NCBI GenBank assembly: GCA_951406725.2
Contig: OX597820.1
Coordinates: 66,836,001-66,900,000, forward strand
DNA: 64,000 nt
Source of the DNA: Octopus vulgaris
Taxonomy: Eukaryota
Direction: 5' to 3'
Within the stretch, counting starts at the first letter, position 1, and the number at the start of each line of letters is the position of its first letter. Positions 50,611 through 64,000 of this stretch are shown here, piece after piece. Made by a program: the position numbers and the translations under genes. The notes beneath the pieces are model-generated. The model worked only from the letters and a program-made list of their open reading frames with translations. It did not search any database and had not been told where the DNA came from.

Positions 50611-51356
50611 ATAATCCATAAAGGAAAATAACTCCATTCATGGGTATAACTTAAGAGGTGAACTCAGCCATTTGATAAACCAGATACCAAACTAAATACT
50701 GAAGTTTGATGTGGTTGATAAAGCCCCTTTAAAAGCAGAAAGTGCTCCAGCATGGTCACAATCTAGTAACTAATTTATACTAGTTAAAGAAAATAAATTA
50801 TGATACAACCTGTGTTGAGTTAGCATTCATGGCAGTTTTGTTATTGATGCTGGTGGTGGTGGTGGTGGTGGTGGCAGTGGTGCTGGTGGGGGTGGTGGTG
50901 TTGGTGGTGTTTCACTTCATTGAGGGAGATTAGCTGAAACCATTTCAATGCCATTTGATTTTGTTTTCTGTTCTTGCGGCTATTACAGTCACCACCACGA
51001 CCACAAAATCATTACCAATACCATCGCCAGCACCACCGCCAGCACCACCATCGCATCCAATGTGCTACCACCACCACGGCTACTACTACGCTGTTGTCAC
51101 CTCCACAACTATACTGTCACTCTGCGATCACAACCACCACCGCCACCACCACTACAAGCATTATAGTACAAAATAATATAAAAACTATACCAAGAGAAGA
51201 GGAGCCTGTTCTCTAATGAGCTGACATGTAACCAAATAAACATGGTAATCTGTTTAACAAATCTGTTTTCAGAATCTTTCCATTTCAATTTTCAATGATA
51301 CTTCTGGAATGTTCCACCAGGAAATGTAATATTGCTAACTACATTTGCACTGTTGA

Positions 51357-51415
<59 letters not shown>

Positions 51416-51856
51416 TGTTATTTTTGTTGTTGCTGTTGGTGGTGCTGTTTTTGTTATGAGTTGTTATACACACACAGACACACACACACACACACACACT
51501 CTCTCATTTTCTCTCTCTATCTCTTTCACCCTCTCCACCTCCCTCGAAATTTTACATTTCTTTTTTTGCTTCATGCTGTGTTGCAGTGTAGAAGTGTAAG
51601 AAGAGTATTGCCTTGTCGTCAATCTCGAGAGAATCAGTTCCCCCCCCTTTTTTTTTTATTCTACCGTATCAAGTTTTGCTTCAAATCTTAAAGAAATGTT
51701 CTCACTTAGATATATATATACATATATTTATATGAATGTGTGTTTCCATATATGTGTGTGTATATTATATATATATATGTATATAAACACACACACACAC
51801 GTATATATTTATATATGTGTATGGATATATATGTGTGTATATGTGTGAATGCATGT

Positions 51857-52425
51857 CTGTGTAGTTACACGGTCTACTTCACCACTATATGGTTTAAAAT
51901 TCAGTCTCACTGTGTGGCGCTTTGGGCTTGCCCCTTTTAGTACATACAACCTTTGGCCAACCAAAGCATTGTGAGAGGATTTGGTCGGTGGAAACTGAAA
52001 TAAGTCCTTCATATATATATATATATTCTTTTATTCTTTTACTTCTTTCTGTCATTTGACGGTGGCCATGCTGGAGCACCACCTTTAGTTGAACAAATCA
52101 ACCACAGGGACTTATTCTTTGTAAGCCTATTTGGTGACCCTGCCAGTGCTGGTGCCACATAAAATGTATCCAGTCCACACTGTTAACGTGGTTGGTGTTT
52201 GAAAGAGCATCCAGCTGTAAAAAAAAAGCATACCAAAACTGACCTCGCTTGTGTTGGTGCCATATAAAAAATCACTCTGTCCACTCTGTGGGGTAGTTGG
52301 TATTAGGAAGGGCATCCAGCCAAATCGGACACTGATGCCTGGTGCAGTTTTCTGCCTAACCAGAACCTGTCAAACCATCCAACCCCTGCCAGCACGGAAA
52401 GAAGATGCGAAGATGATGATGATAT
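51857..52425. mobile_element. Jumble: SINE A 5' half (+), SINE A 3' end (-), RTE-like 3' UTR fragment (+)
   Basis: Segments match the respective families; the last ends in GATGATGAT. Confidence 0.7.
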
Positions 52426-52454
52426 ATGTGTATACATTTACATTTAGGAGAAGA

Positions 52455-52907
52455 AGTAGCTGTGTGGATAGGTAGAGGAGTGGCTGTGTGGATAGGCAGA
52501 GGAGTGGCTGTGTGGTAAGAAGCTTGCTTCTCAATCACATGGTTCTGGGTTCAGTCCCACTGTATGGTCAAGTGTCTTCTATTATAGCTTCAGGCCGACC
52601 AAAGCCTTGTGAGTTGATTTGGTAGATGGAAACTGGAAGAAGCCTGTCATATATGTTTGTGTGTGTGTGTGTGTATCGATGTGTGTATCTTTGTGTTTGT
52701 GTTTGTTTTCCTGCCCCCATCACCACTTGATAACCAATGTTGGTGTGCTTATGTCCCCGTAACATAGTGGTTCAGCAAAAGAAACCGATAGAATAAGTAC
52801 CAGCCTTAAAAAATAAGTACTGGGGTGGATTTATTCAACTAGAAATTTGAAGTGGTGCCCCAGCATGGCCACAGTCAAATGACTGAAACAGGTAAAAGAT
52901 GGAAGAT
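52455..52907 (+). mobile_element. SINE family A with triplicated head
   Basis: GT(A/G)GCTGTGTGG three times at 24-bp spacing, then a normal body and tail. Confidence 0.85.
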
Positions 52908-53630
52908 ATACTTGTGTGTACATTTTATTTCATTCCGTGCGCATTCATAACTTGTATTCCAAACCAACTACTCCTAAGTTATACAATCCACAACACAACA
53001 CCAACACCACCACCACCACCGGCACTACTACCATGACAACCACAAAACCACCAGTCCAGCCATGACAACCACATGTATTGGGGCTCACTTATTTAACTCT
53101 GTCGGGTATTAGAGATTTCTTAGCACTTAAATGTAAATCTTAAAAACACCCCTGAACTTTCCAACAGTGTTTTTGATGTGCCCCATCTCTTCCTTTTCTC
53201 TCTCACTCTCTCTTTCTGTCAAGAGATCAACTAAGGCTATAAGAGTTTGACCATTGTCATATTTGCCGCTTTACTGTTTAGTCAAAGGAGCAGCGAGAAA
53301 GTAATTACTTGTTCCGATGTACACCTGAGGCCCTCATTACTAGATATTCTAGCAGTGAACCTATCTATTGTGTTATTCATTCTTCCTTGATACCTCATCA
53401 TTCTTGGATGCAATAAGGGGTATTTGCTGTTGATGGTTAATAAAGATTCCATGTATAAGTGCTGTGATGCCAGTTGGTTTGCTGCAAGTGTTGTCACTGT
53501 AACCTTCGAGTGTGCGAAAATTCAATGTCAAAATGGAATTATTCCAGGTTTAGAAAATAATATTCTGAGTGATTTGTGAGAAATTTGTTCTTTGACAGTA
53601 TTGAAGCCTCATTACTTAAAAGGGATCCAG

Positions 53631-53697
<67 letters not shown>

Positions 53698-54077
53698 ATA
53701 TATTAGGAAGTATAAATCTACTGTGTGTTCAAATATATCATGGCGTTGAATGATGATTGAAAGAGGTCAAAAGGTGCCGTGCCAAAGTCTTGATTCTTTG
53801 CCAGATTTCAGAAGCAGATTTTTGACACAATTTCTTTTAGAAATATATATTTAGTAACCAATATTTAATTTGCCATATATGTGTGTGTGTGTGTGTGTGC
53901 ATATACACACACACAAATGCATTATAATTGACTCTGGAAAGAGAGGTTTTATTTATATATCAAAATATATATTTGTACATATATATACATTTGTGTTTGT
54001 GTATATATATATGTGTGTGTGTGTGTGTGTATATACATATATATGTGTATGTGTGTATATATATATATTTATGTATA

Positions 54078-54150
<73 letters not shown>

Positions 54151-54439
54151 GTGTGTGTGTATATATGTATATGTGTGTGTGTGTTTATATTTATATACGT
54201 GTGTGTGTTGTTAGCTTTCAACATATCAAGGAGTTACTTAAACAGTATCTTGTGTAAAAGTTCTATAAATCTAATGGAAAAGAAAGCGGAGGAAGAATTC
54301 TGTCCCTTCTTTGGTTGAAGGAACATCTTTATTACAAGCTGTCTTTTGTTTTAGTCGAAACTGACCATTACTTCTTGTCTTTCTCCCCTAATTACTGCAC
54401 AGGGAAAACAAAAGAAAAAATTTTAAAAGGAAAATCGTT

Positions 54440-55050
54440 CGTTCATTCGTTGTTTCGTTTAACATTCACTTTCCATGCTAGCATGGGTTGGACGATTTTG
54501 ACTGAGGGCTGGCAAACCAGATGGCTGCACCAGGCTCCAATCTTGATCTGGCAAGAGTTTCTACAGCTGGAGAGGGAGAGATTAAAAGATTGCTCAACAG
54601 GTGTGGTCAGATTTCTGTGAATATAATCATAATCTCAAGTGTCGACCACTTTCAGTGGTTATTTGCCCTGCCCTTTGTTTCCCAAAGGTTTTACACGGTT
54701 GAGTGCCAGTGCCACATAAGAGGCACCTATGCCGATGTCACATAAAGCATCTGTGCTAACACTACATTTCAAAAAGAGAAGAGCACCCATGCCAACACCA
54801 CATAGAAAGCACTTGTACTGGTGCCACGTAGAAAGCAATGCTAGTGCCATGTGATAATGCATCCAGTCCACCCTCTAAAGTGGTTGGCATTAGAAAGGGC
54901 ATCCAGCTGTAGAAACTGTGCCAAAACTGACAATTGGAACCTGGATTCTGCCCTCTGGCTTGCTAGCTCCTGTCAAACCATCCAACCTATGCCAACATGG
55001 AAAACAGACGTTAACTGGTGATGATGACAATGACAATGATGGTGATGATG
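54440..55050. mobile_element. Two RTE-like 3' UTR fragments in opposite orientation
   Basis: Minus: TTTCCATGCTAGCATGGGTTGGAC..CTACAGCTGG. Plus: AAAGGGCATCCAGCTGTAGAAAC..CATGGAAAACAGACGTTAA. Confidence 0.75.
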
Positions 55051-55295
55051 ACAACGAGGTATCTACAGTAAACTGTACTAATAACACTGGGTCTTGATTC
55101 ACTGGTGTGTCTGTTGTATGTAACGTGAATTGAGTGAAGCCATAGCATTGATGGAATAATTCTGTTCACCAACATTGGATTATAATAGACTCTATAGGTA
55201 TTGAGCACTTTATGTCCTTATACAAGCAACAACAAAACAATATGAAATGTTCTTTTGTACTTAGTATTATCTAGGACTACGTTATTTGATGTGTT

Positions 55296-55703
55296 CTTTA
55301 TCTTTTACTTGCTTATTATTGGCCTGTGACCATGCTGGAGCAAACACCTTAACGGGTTTAGCCAAGCAAATTGATCTTAGTACTTATGTTTTTTTAAAGA
55401 CCGATACTTATTCTATTGGTCTCTTTTGCTGAACTGCTAAGTTACTGGGACATAAACAAACTAACACCAATTGTCAACTAGTGGAGGGGCAAACACAAAA
55501 ATACACACATACACTCACCTCACACACACATAACACAGTAGGTTTCTTTAAGGTTTCTGTCTGCCAAATTCACTCACAAGGCATTGGTCAACCAGGGCCT
55601 CTTGTAGAAAACAGTTGCCCCAAGGTGCCACCATGCAGTGGGATTGAACCTGAAACCACTTGGTTGAAAGTGAGTTTCTTAACCGTACAGCCATACCTGC
55701 ACC
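55296..55703 (-). mobile_element. SINE family A, diverged
   Basis: CATGCTGGAGCA..CTTTTGCTGAACTGCTAAG..CACTCACAAGGC..CAGCCATACCTGCACC. Confidence 0.8.
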
Positions 55704-56511
55704 TAAGCCAAGCTTATGATAGTCAGTAGGGTGAGGTTTACTGGAGATTTGGTTACTATTTCTAGCATTAGAATCTCCTTTGATATAGTATATGCACTTG
55801 TTGCAAAAGATATCATTGCTTAGAGTCTGGGATAGAGTGAAGGTGGGTAAAAAGAAGGAGAGAGAGGGAAGGGAGAGATAGAGAGAGAGAGAGAAAGAAT
55901 GAGAAAGAGTGAGAGGGAGACTCTGGTTGAGTTGCTGGGTCAGACAATCCCTAACTGTTAGGATTTCAGATTATTTTACTGTATAACTATCCAAAGCGAG
56001 GAAAGAAATGGGAGGGTAGGGAAGAGATAGGGTGGGGAAGAAGAGAGGCACACACACACACACACACACACCCAGCACCCTGCCCTCCCCCACCTCAGGG
56101 ATAAACTAGTGGTTGGTTTGAGGGTAATGCTAAAGGATCAGTGCAAAGGAGCAAGGAGGGGGTATGGGTCTATTTTTGTAGTGGTACGTGGTGGCGGAGG
56201 CGGCGGCAGTGGTGGTGGTGGTGGTGGTGGTGGTGAGGAGAGGGGATATTGTTTCTGATTGGTGGCAAGGGTGGGAGTGGAGACAGGGCCGGTTTAGGTT
56301 GAAAAAGAAGCAATGGGTGGTGGTGGGGTTTGAACTCAGTCATATGTCCTGATCAAGTGATTCTGACAAGAGTTTTTCAACTGGAGCTGAAAGGATTAGT
56401 TGAGTAAATGTGTTTGCCATACACAGGACAGCTACAGTGGAAGTTGGATTCTGTAAGGATTAATACCACTTCACCGATATTGTGACACTAATAGGGCCTT
56501 TAGTCCTCTCC

Positions 56512-56554
<43 letters not shown>

Positions 56555-57100
56555 CCCTCTCTCTCTATCTATCTATCTATCTATCTCCCTCTCTGTCCTT
56601 CTGCCGCTCTCCCCTCCAACCTCACGATTTTTTTATTTGTTCCTGCTAAATAAATTGATTCCTTCACCAACCACTAATACCATCCATACCTGCTTCCCTC
56701 TTCTATACCACACACCTGCCTCTCTTTCATCAACACCACCATCACTACTATCATTACACTGCTTCTTTCACCACCACCACCACTATCCTTTATACCACTG
56801 CTAGGGAAACACTCCCATTTGGTTCCACCCTTCTCCACCACTATCATCTTGACTTTCATTATCATTCCTATGATCTCTGCTTCAACCATCAGGTTTTCCC
56901 CACCACCATGACCACCAGAAGCATATTAAAAAATAGCAGCGAATTCTCCTTGTTACAGTGTAAAAAGAACACATTGGATTATATAGTCCTAGATACACAA
57001 TGCCTTAAAATATGATAGGATTATCAATGCTCGAATATCTTTGATCATTGGTTCTGTTCACTCATTCAGGGCTAACCTGGGGCTAAACAACAACAATACT

Positions 57101-57580
57101 TGCACTGCCCTCACTCACCACTGGCTCCACTCACCACTGCCCTCACTCACCACTGCCTCCACTCACCACTGCCTCCACTCATCACTGCCCTCACTCACCA
57201 CTGCCTCCACTCATCACTGCCCTTCTCACCACTGCCTCCACTCATCACTGCCCTCACTCACCACTGCCTCCACTCATCACTGATCTCACTCACCACTGTC
57301 CACACTCACTGCAGCCACACTCAGCACTACTGTCACTCACCACTTCCAGCATTCACAACTACCTTCACTCACCACTGCCCACACTCACTACTACCTGACT
57401 ATCTGCACTCACTACTGTCCAAACTCACCACTGGCTGCACTGAGTATTGCCTGCACTCATCACTGCCCTCACTCTCTGCCCACACTCACCGCTGCCTGCA
57501 CTCATCCCTACTCTCACTCACCACTGCTACACTCATCACTGCCCTCACTCACCAGTACCTGCACTCACCACTGCCACTAC
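57101..57580. repeat. Minisatellite, about 16-bp unit CACTCA(C/T)CACTGCC(C)TC
   Basis: Roughly 30 units, decaying towards the 3' end; follows a family G copy (56925-57097). Confidence 0.9.
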
Positions 57581-59417
57581 TATCCAGACCATCTTAAATA
57601 ACAACCTATTAAATTACATAGTCATCTTGCATCAAGTCAGATAACTACCTCCATACCCTATACTACAACAGCACTACTACAACACCACAATCGCTTCAAC
57701 AGCAAGAACAACAACACTAAGAAATAAAGCAAACAAAGAAGCCTCTCTATAGTCAACCAATCTGCTAGAAATAGTAACCAAATCCCACTCTACTATTTTG
57801 AATACAATGTTGTATCAAACAATGCAATCTGAGATATACAAGATGATAAACAAACAAGACAGGATGGTCACAAGTGGAAGGCCTTGGATCAAAGATTTCT
57901 ACTTGATCAGGGCTGACTATAAGTCTGGCAGCACCAGCAGCAGCAGCAGCATTTCGTGTGTTAACCATGGTATTCCTGTTCTCTCACATCACCTGGTTTT
58001 TTACACCCTGTTAGACTCAGATACAAAAGCAGGTACTTCCTGAATACCACGCTACCTCCTCCGACACCCATCTCTCTTTCTCTCACTCACTTGTGAATGG
58101 ATAATCTCCTGCTTCTTTTTGGGTAATAAACATGATATTGTGTGTGTGTGTGTGTATGTGCGTGTGTGTGTGCATGTGCGTGTGTGTGTGTGTGTGTGTA
58201 TGTACATGTGTGTGTGCATATGCGTGTGCTCAGCGATACAGTTATACTTGCATGTCTAAACACATGCAAGTTTTATGGCCCATGACATGCACACATGCTA
58301 TGCAAATCTGTTCTTACTATATATACACATGCACAAATATACGCACATACAGACACACATATATATACTTAATTACACATACACATGAGTATAGGTGTGT
58401 CTATATATATATATATATACATACATACATGCAAGCAAACATACATACAGCTGTAACTGTCAAGCATATTACTTTAGAAACCTGACTATGTTCCAGATAA
58501 ATTGTTTTTAATTAATGTTTTTTTATATTTCTTTATTAGTTCTATAAGTTTGGAACAATGAAGTTCTTATTAATCTTTCTGTCTCTCTATCTATTTATCT
58601 ATCTCTCCATTTATCTATCTGTCCGTCTATCTATCTATCTATCCATCTATCAATCTATCTATCTAGCTATCTTTCCATCTATCTATCTATTGATTGATCA
58701 ATCAAAACTAATCTTAACTCACAGCCCTTCAATCATTCTGTTACTTCTGCCAATATTAATAAACATCTATTGATCTATCTATTCTATTCTATCTATCTAT
58801 TTATCAATCTAATCTGTCTATCTACCTATCTATCTACATATCTGTCTAGCTGCCTATCTACCTATTTATTTATCTATCTATCAATTCTCGTCCTCTATTA
58901 GGGTACAGAGATTTCCGAAATTAAAACATCTAACACAGCCTACCTTGTTGTACAGCACATGCACATTGGCCAGAGAAGCCTACCCCATGTTGCACAACAA
59001 CAATAATAAAGAGAGACAGAACACGTCTCTAAATCCCATCTTTGGTCTTGTGCTCATGCCACGAGATATTTTTGAGCTCCACCAAGAAACCTGGAAATAT
59101 GTACCACCAAAGTGATCGTAAAGCTCCTTCTCCATAGTTCAGGTTTTGGTCTCTTAGAAGAAGAATGTGTTCTTCACATTCCATGTAAAGTAAACACAAA
59201 TAGCATTAGTGTCAGATCTACAGTCTAAATTGACTTTGGTACTTGTATATCAACAGTATCGTATCAACACTTGATGCCTTCAACATTGTTTACCTCACTG
59301 TGAGCTCTATGTTATTGTTCCTAGCCATTTCTAGCATCTTACATGTTGATGTGCCTTGATTCTAATGAATCCTCATAGCTAAATTATATGTATGTGTGTG
59401 TGTGTGTATATATATAT

Positions 59418-60490
59418 ATCATCATCATCATCATCATCAAACACCCATTTTCTATACTGGAAGGGGTCAGATGGCTTGATAGAAACTGGTGTGCCAGAGG
59501 ACTGTGCTAAACTCCAGTGTCTGCTATGGCTGGATGCCCTTCCTGATGCCAACTTTACAGAGTGTACTGGGTGTTTTTTACATGGCACTGGTAATATTGA
59601 GGTCAGGCTAGTAACTCATGAAGCAAGACATCCCTCCTTCAATTGAGTTGCATGTAGAATTGGGGGGTGGGGTTCATTTTGTGCCGGGTGATGTCTGGTT
59701 ACAGTATGACAGGGGTGGCAGGAGTAGGTGTGTCTTGCTATAGTGGAGATACATGGCTACCCCAGTTACAGTAAATAGATAGTCGGATTGGTAGGTATCA
59801 TCATTATTTAACAGCTATTTTCCTTGCAAGCATCAGTTGGATGGCATTTGTCGGGATCCAGTGATCTGCAGGGTTGCATCAGGATCCATGTCAGTCTTGG
59901 TATGGTTTCTGTGGCTGCGATACCCTTCACCATTATCATCATCATCATCATCATCATCATCATTTAACGTCTGTTGTCCATGCTGGCGTAGATCAGGTGG
60001 TTTGACCAGGGCTGGCAAGCCGGAAGGCTGCACCAGAGTCTGGTCTGTTTTCGCATGGTTTCTATTTCTATGGCTGGATTTCAACAACAATAATAATAAT
60101 AATAATAATAAAATATTATCATCCTCATCATTTTAATGTCTTTTCTCCATGCTGGCATAGATCAGATGGTTTGACCAGGGCTGGCAAGCTGGAAGGCTAC
60201 ACCAGACCCCGGTCTATTTTGGTATGGTTTCTATGGCTGGATGCCCTTCATCATCATCATCATCATCATCATCATCTCATGTCTGTTGTCCATGTTGGCA
60301 TGGATTGGGTGGTTTGACCAGGGCTGGTACGTTGGGGAGCTACACCAGGCTCCAATTGTCTGTTCTGGCATGGTTTCTAAGGCTGGATGCCCTTCCTAAC
60401 GCCAACCTCTTCCTTAATACCAATTACTTTACTGCATGTACCGGATGCTTCTTTTATGCCACTGGCACTTGGGATATTGCCAAATAACTT
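59418..60490 (-). mobile_element. Cluster of about five RTE-like 3' tail copies separated by (CAT)n/(TAA)n
   Basis: Repeated TTTAA(C/T)GTC..CCATGCTGGC..TTTGACCAGGGCTGG..GGCTGGATGCCCTTC. Confidence 0.8.
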
Positions 60491-60907
60491 GCTGGAGAGG
60501 ACAGAACAAGAAAAGGGGGTAAAGAAAAGCCTCCTCAAGAAAGAATGTGTGTATGTATGTCTGTATTAAAAGTTCAATCATAAACAGCTCTGATAATGTA
60601 AACATTATCAATGTCACATTTTGCGACCGAAAGGGTCCTCAGCCACAGAAAACCTGCTTCAATAAATTCTGTCTGAGCCATGCAAGCATGGAAAAGGGGA
60701 TGTTAAAATGGTGGTGGTGGTGGCAACGGCAGTTAAAGGCAATTGTGATGGTGGCAGTGGCGGCAGTGGGAGTGGAAACTAAAATAGGGAAAAAGGTTTA
60801 CAGAAAATTCCAACTGATAACTTGATAGATAACTACAAGTGTATCTTGGAAATGGAACTCTGTTAAGTGGTATATGGGAATAATTGAGAATTTCAATAAC
60901 AATAATA

Positions 60908-60949
<42 letters not shown>

Positions 60950-61239
60950 CAAAAATGCCTGCATTATATGAATTGATATTTTGGTCTGTTTTATTGATCA
61001 AATTATCAAAATCAAAACAAATTTGAAATGTCTGTAGAAACTTGATTTGGAAGCAAAATCAAATTTTACTGATATTTTCTTGAATTAAGCTGAAAAATTG
61101 AATAAAAAATAATTTTACACAATGAAGAAATTGAAATAAAAAAATTCATAGACAATCTTTCATGATTTTTCTGTATTTTTCAAAAAAATATACTTACACA
61201 TATGTTTGTATTTGTAGATAGAAACACACATTTACATAC

Positions 61240-62075
<836 letters not shown>

Positions 62076-62498
62076 TTTAATGAAATATGTATGCACATAC
62101 ACAAAGACGCACACTATCTTAAAGTTGTCATTTAGATTCCTGCAGAAATGTATGGATATAGATGTAATTAAATCTCTGTCTCCCTCTCTTCTCTCTCTCT
62201 CTCTCTCTCTTTCTCCATCTCTTTCTCTCCGTCTTTCTGTATATGTGTGTGTGTATATCAATATATATGATGAAATGCATACACAAACACTCGCTTATAA
62301 TCAGATTATTCACAGATACAGATTAGATGTACACATGCACGTAATCACACACTGACACACACATACACACACGTTACTACATGTGTGTGTCAGTGTGTTT
62401 ATGTATACACTAACACACACTTATACACCTACTTTTCAAAAGTATTAAAATGTCTACCATGTGTGATTGATTAGATGACTTGAGAACCAAGTGACAAG

Positions 62499-62540
<42 letters not shown>

Positions 62541-62565
62541 CAATATATATGTTTATGATAATATG

Positions 62566-62851
62566 TCACGTGATCAATTGATTAACCAGAGGCCGGTCAC
62601 AATGCACTTCATCATTCACATCATTCTAGTTTTTGAATGATGCCATCCCCCTGGCTAGGTGAGCAGGCCAACATTTTCTCTGGTAGGAAGGCTAATCCAT
62701 CATAAGACTATCCATTTACTGCTGAGTGGAGTGGAGCAACATGAAATGACGTGCTTTACTAAGGAACACAATACGCAATCAGTCTGGAAATTGAAACTGC
62801 GATCTTACAATCATTAAAGCCAAGCATCTAACTACTCAGCTGTGCGCCTTC
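62566..62851 (-). mobile_element. SINE with family D-type head/centre and family E-type 3' tail
   Basis: Minus strand: tRNA-like head, TGTGTTCCTTAGTAAAGCAC..TTGCTCCACTCCACTCAGC (D-like), then TGTTGGCCTGCTCACCTAGCCAG..GCATTGTGACC..GATCACGTGA (E-like). Confidence 0.75.
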
Positions 62852-63220
62852 ATGTGTGTTACATCTTTTAACATCCTCTTCTCTGTGTTTTCATGGGTTG
62901 AGCTATTGAACAGGAACCAAGAGGCAGAGGGCTTATACTCCATTCTCTGTTTCGGGAGACTATGCAACTCATTGGTTCCTACTGCAGTATGCCCTTCCTA
63001 ATACTAACCTCTTTACAGAGTATACTGGGTGCTTTTTATCATGGGACCAGCACCAATGAGGTTACCAAGTAACTCCCAAAACAAGGCCCTTTCATTGAGG
63101 GAAGTGCAGTTTTGAAGAATGTGAAAGTAGGACAGAGAAAGAGGAACAGGTGTCTTGCTGAAGAGATGAATGCATAGCTTCCCCAATTGTGACAGATGTT
63201 CATATAATATATTTATATAG

Positions 63221-63435
63221 GAAGGCGGCGAGCTGACAGAAATGTTAACACACCAGACGAAATGATTGGCAGCATTTCATCTGTCTTTATGTTCTGAGTT
63301 CAAATTCCGCCAGGATCGACTTTGCCTTTCATCCTTTCAGGGGTCAATAAATTAAGTACCAGTTCTATACTGGGGTCAATCTAATCAACTGGCCCCCTCC
63401 CCAAAAGTTTTGGGCCTTGTGACTTGAGTAGAAAA

Positions 63436-63440
<5 letters not shown>
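63221..63440 (+). mobile_element. SINE family C, full length
   Basis: AAGGCGGCGAGCTG..GAGTTCAAATTCCGCC..TTTCATCCTTTCAGGGGTCAATAAATTAAGTACC..GTAGAAAAG. Confidence 0.9.
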
Positions 63441-63478
<38 letters not shown>

Positions 63479-64000
63479 TGCAAGCATAGCTGTGTGGTAA
63501 GATAGATGAAATACTGCTAAGCATTTTGCCTGGCATCCTAATGTTTCCTTAAATGGTGAAAATATTTTTTTGTACTGTAGGCACAGGCCTAAAATTTATG
63601 GGGAGGGGGCCAGTCGATTAAATCGACCCCAGTATGCAACTGGTACTTAATTTATCAATACCGAAAACATGAAAGACATATATGTTTATAGTGTAAATAG
63701 AACTGTACTCTCCAAAAAATATGTATAAAAAGAGATCAAAACATTGATACAAATATTCAAAGACTTGAACCATTCCAGTTTATTTCTAAATGGACAAGAT
63801 TGGCACCATTAACCATTGCACTACCAAAAACATCTCAATTCTTACAATTAAGATGAGTATACAATAAAAAGATGGCTGCCACAATATCTGCCTACTAAAT
63901 TTATACATAGTAATTTTAAAAGAAAAATATCTTGTTCAATATTAGCTGTAGTATGTGCATGTATATATATATTTGTGTGCGTGTATATATATGTACATAC

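Noticed and set aside
59164-59200. miR-1-like sequence on the minus strand (TGGAATGTGAAGAAC)
   Set aside because: It diverges from miR-1 at position 9 and from position 15 onward. The local hairpin loop falls inside the would-be mature sequence, so there is no pre-miRNA geometry.

Overview
AT-rich, non-coding eukaryotic DNA saturated with microsatellites ((TA)n, (CA)n, (CT)n, (CAT)n, (TAA)n, (CAC)n) and short interspersed repeats. The repeat families and landscape look like a coleoid cephalopod genome, most likely Octopus; this is recognition from memory, not a database result. No intact host protein-coding gene, tRNA/rRNA gene or CRISPR array is supportable, and nearly all ORF-track entries are translations of simple repeats or SINEs. 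Three decayed transposon coding relics are recognisable: a DD37D (maT-type) Tc1/mariner transposase (about 43.5-44.7 kb), a 5'-truncated R4/Dong non-LTR element inside a (TAA)n tract (20.7-21.3 kb), and the 3' end of an RTE-like LINE (46.1-46.7 kb, minus strand). There are at least five tRNA-headed SINE families (labelled A-E here) plus piggyBac-, hAT- and mariner-type MITEs. The most interesting non-repeat signal is a consensus recursive-splicing (ratchet point) motif, polypyrimidine-CAG|GTAAGT at 22139/22140. It is followed by candidate cryptic-exon donors, which suggests the window lies in a very long + strand intron. Repeat boundaries were read by eye and are approximate.
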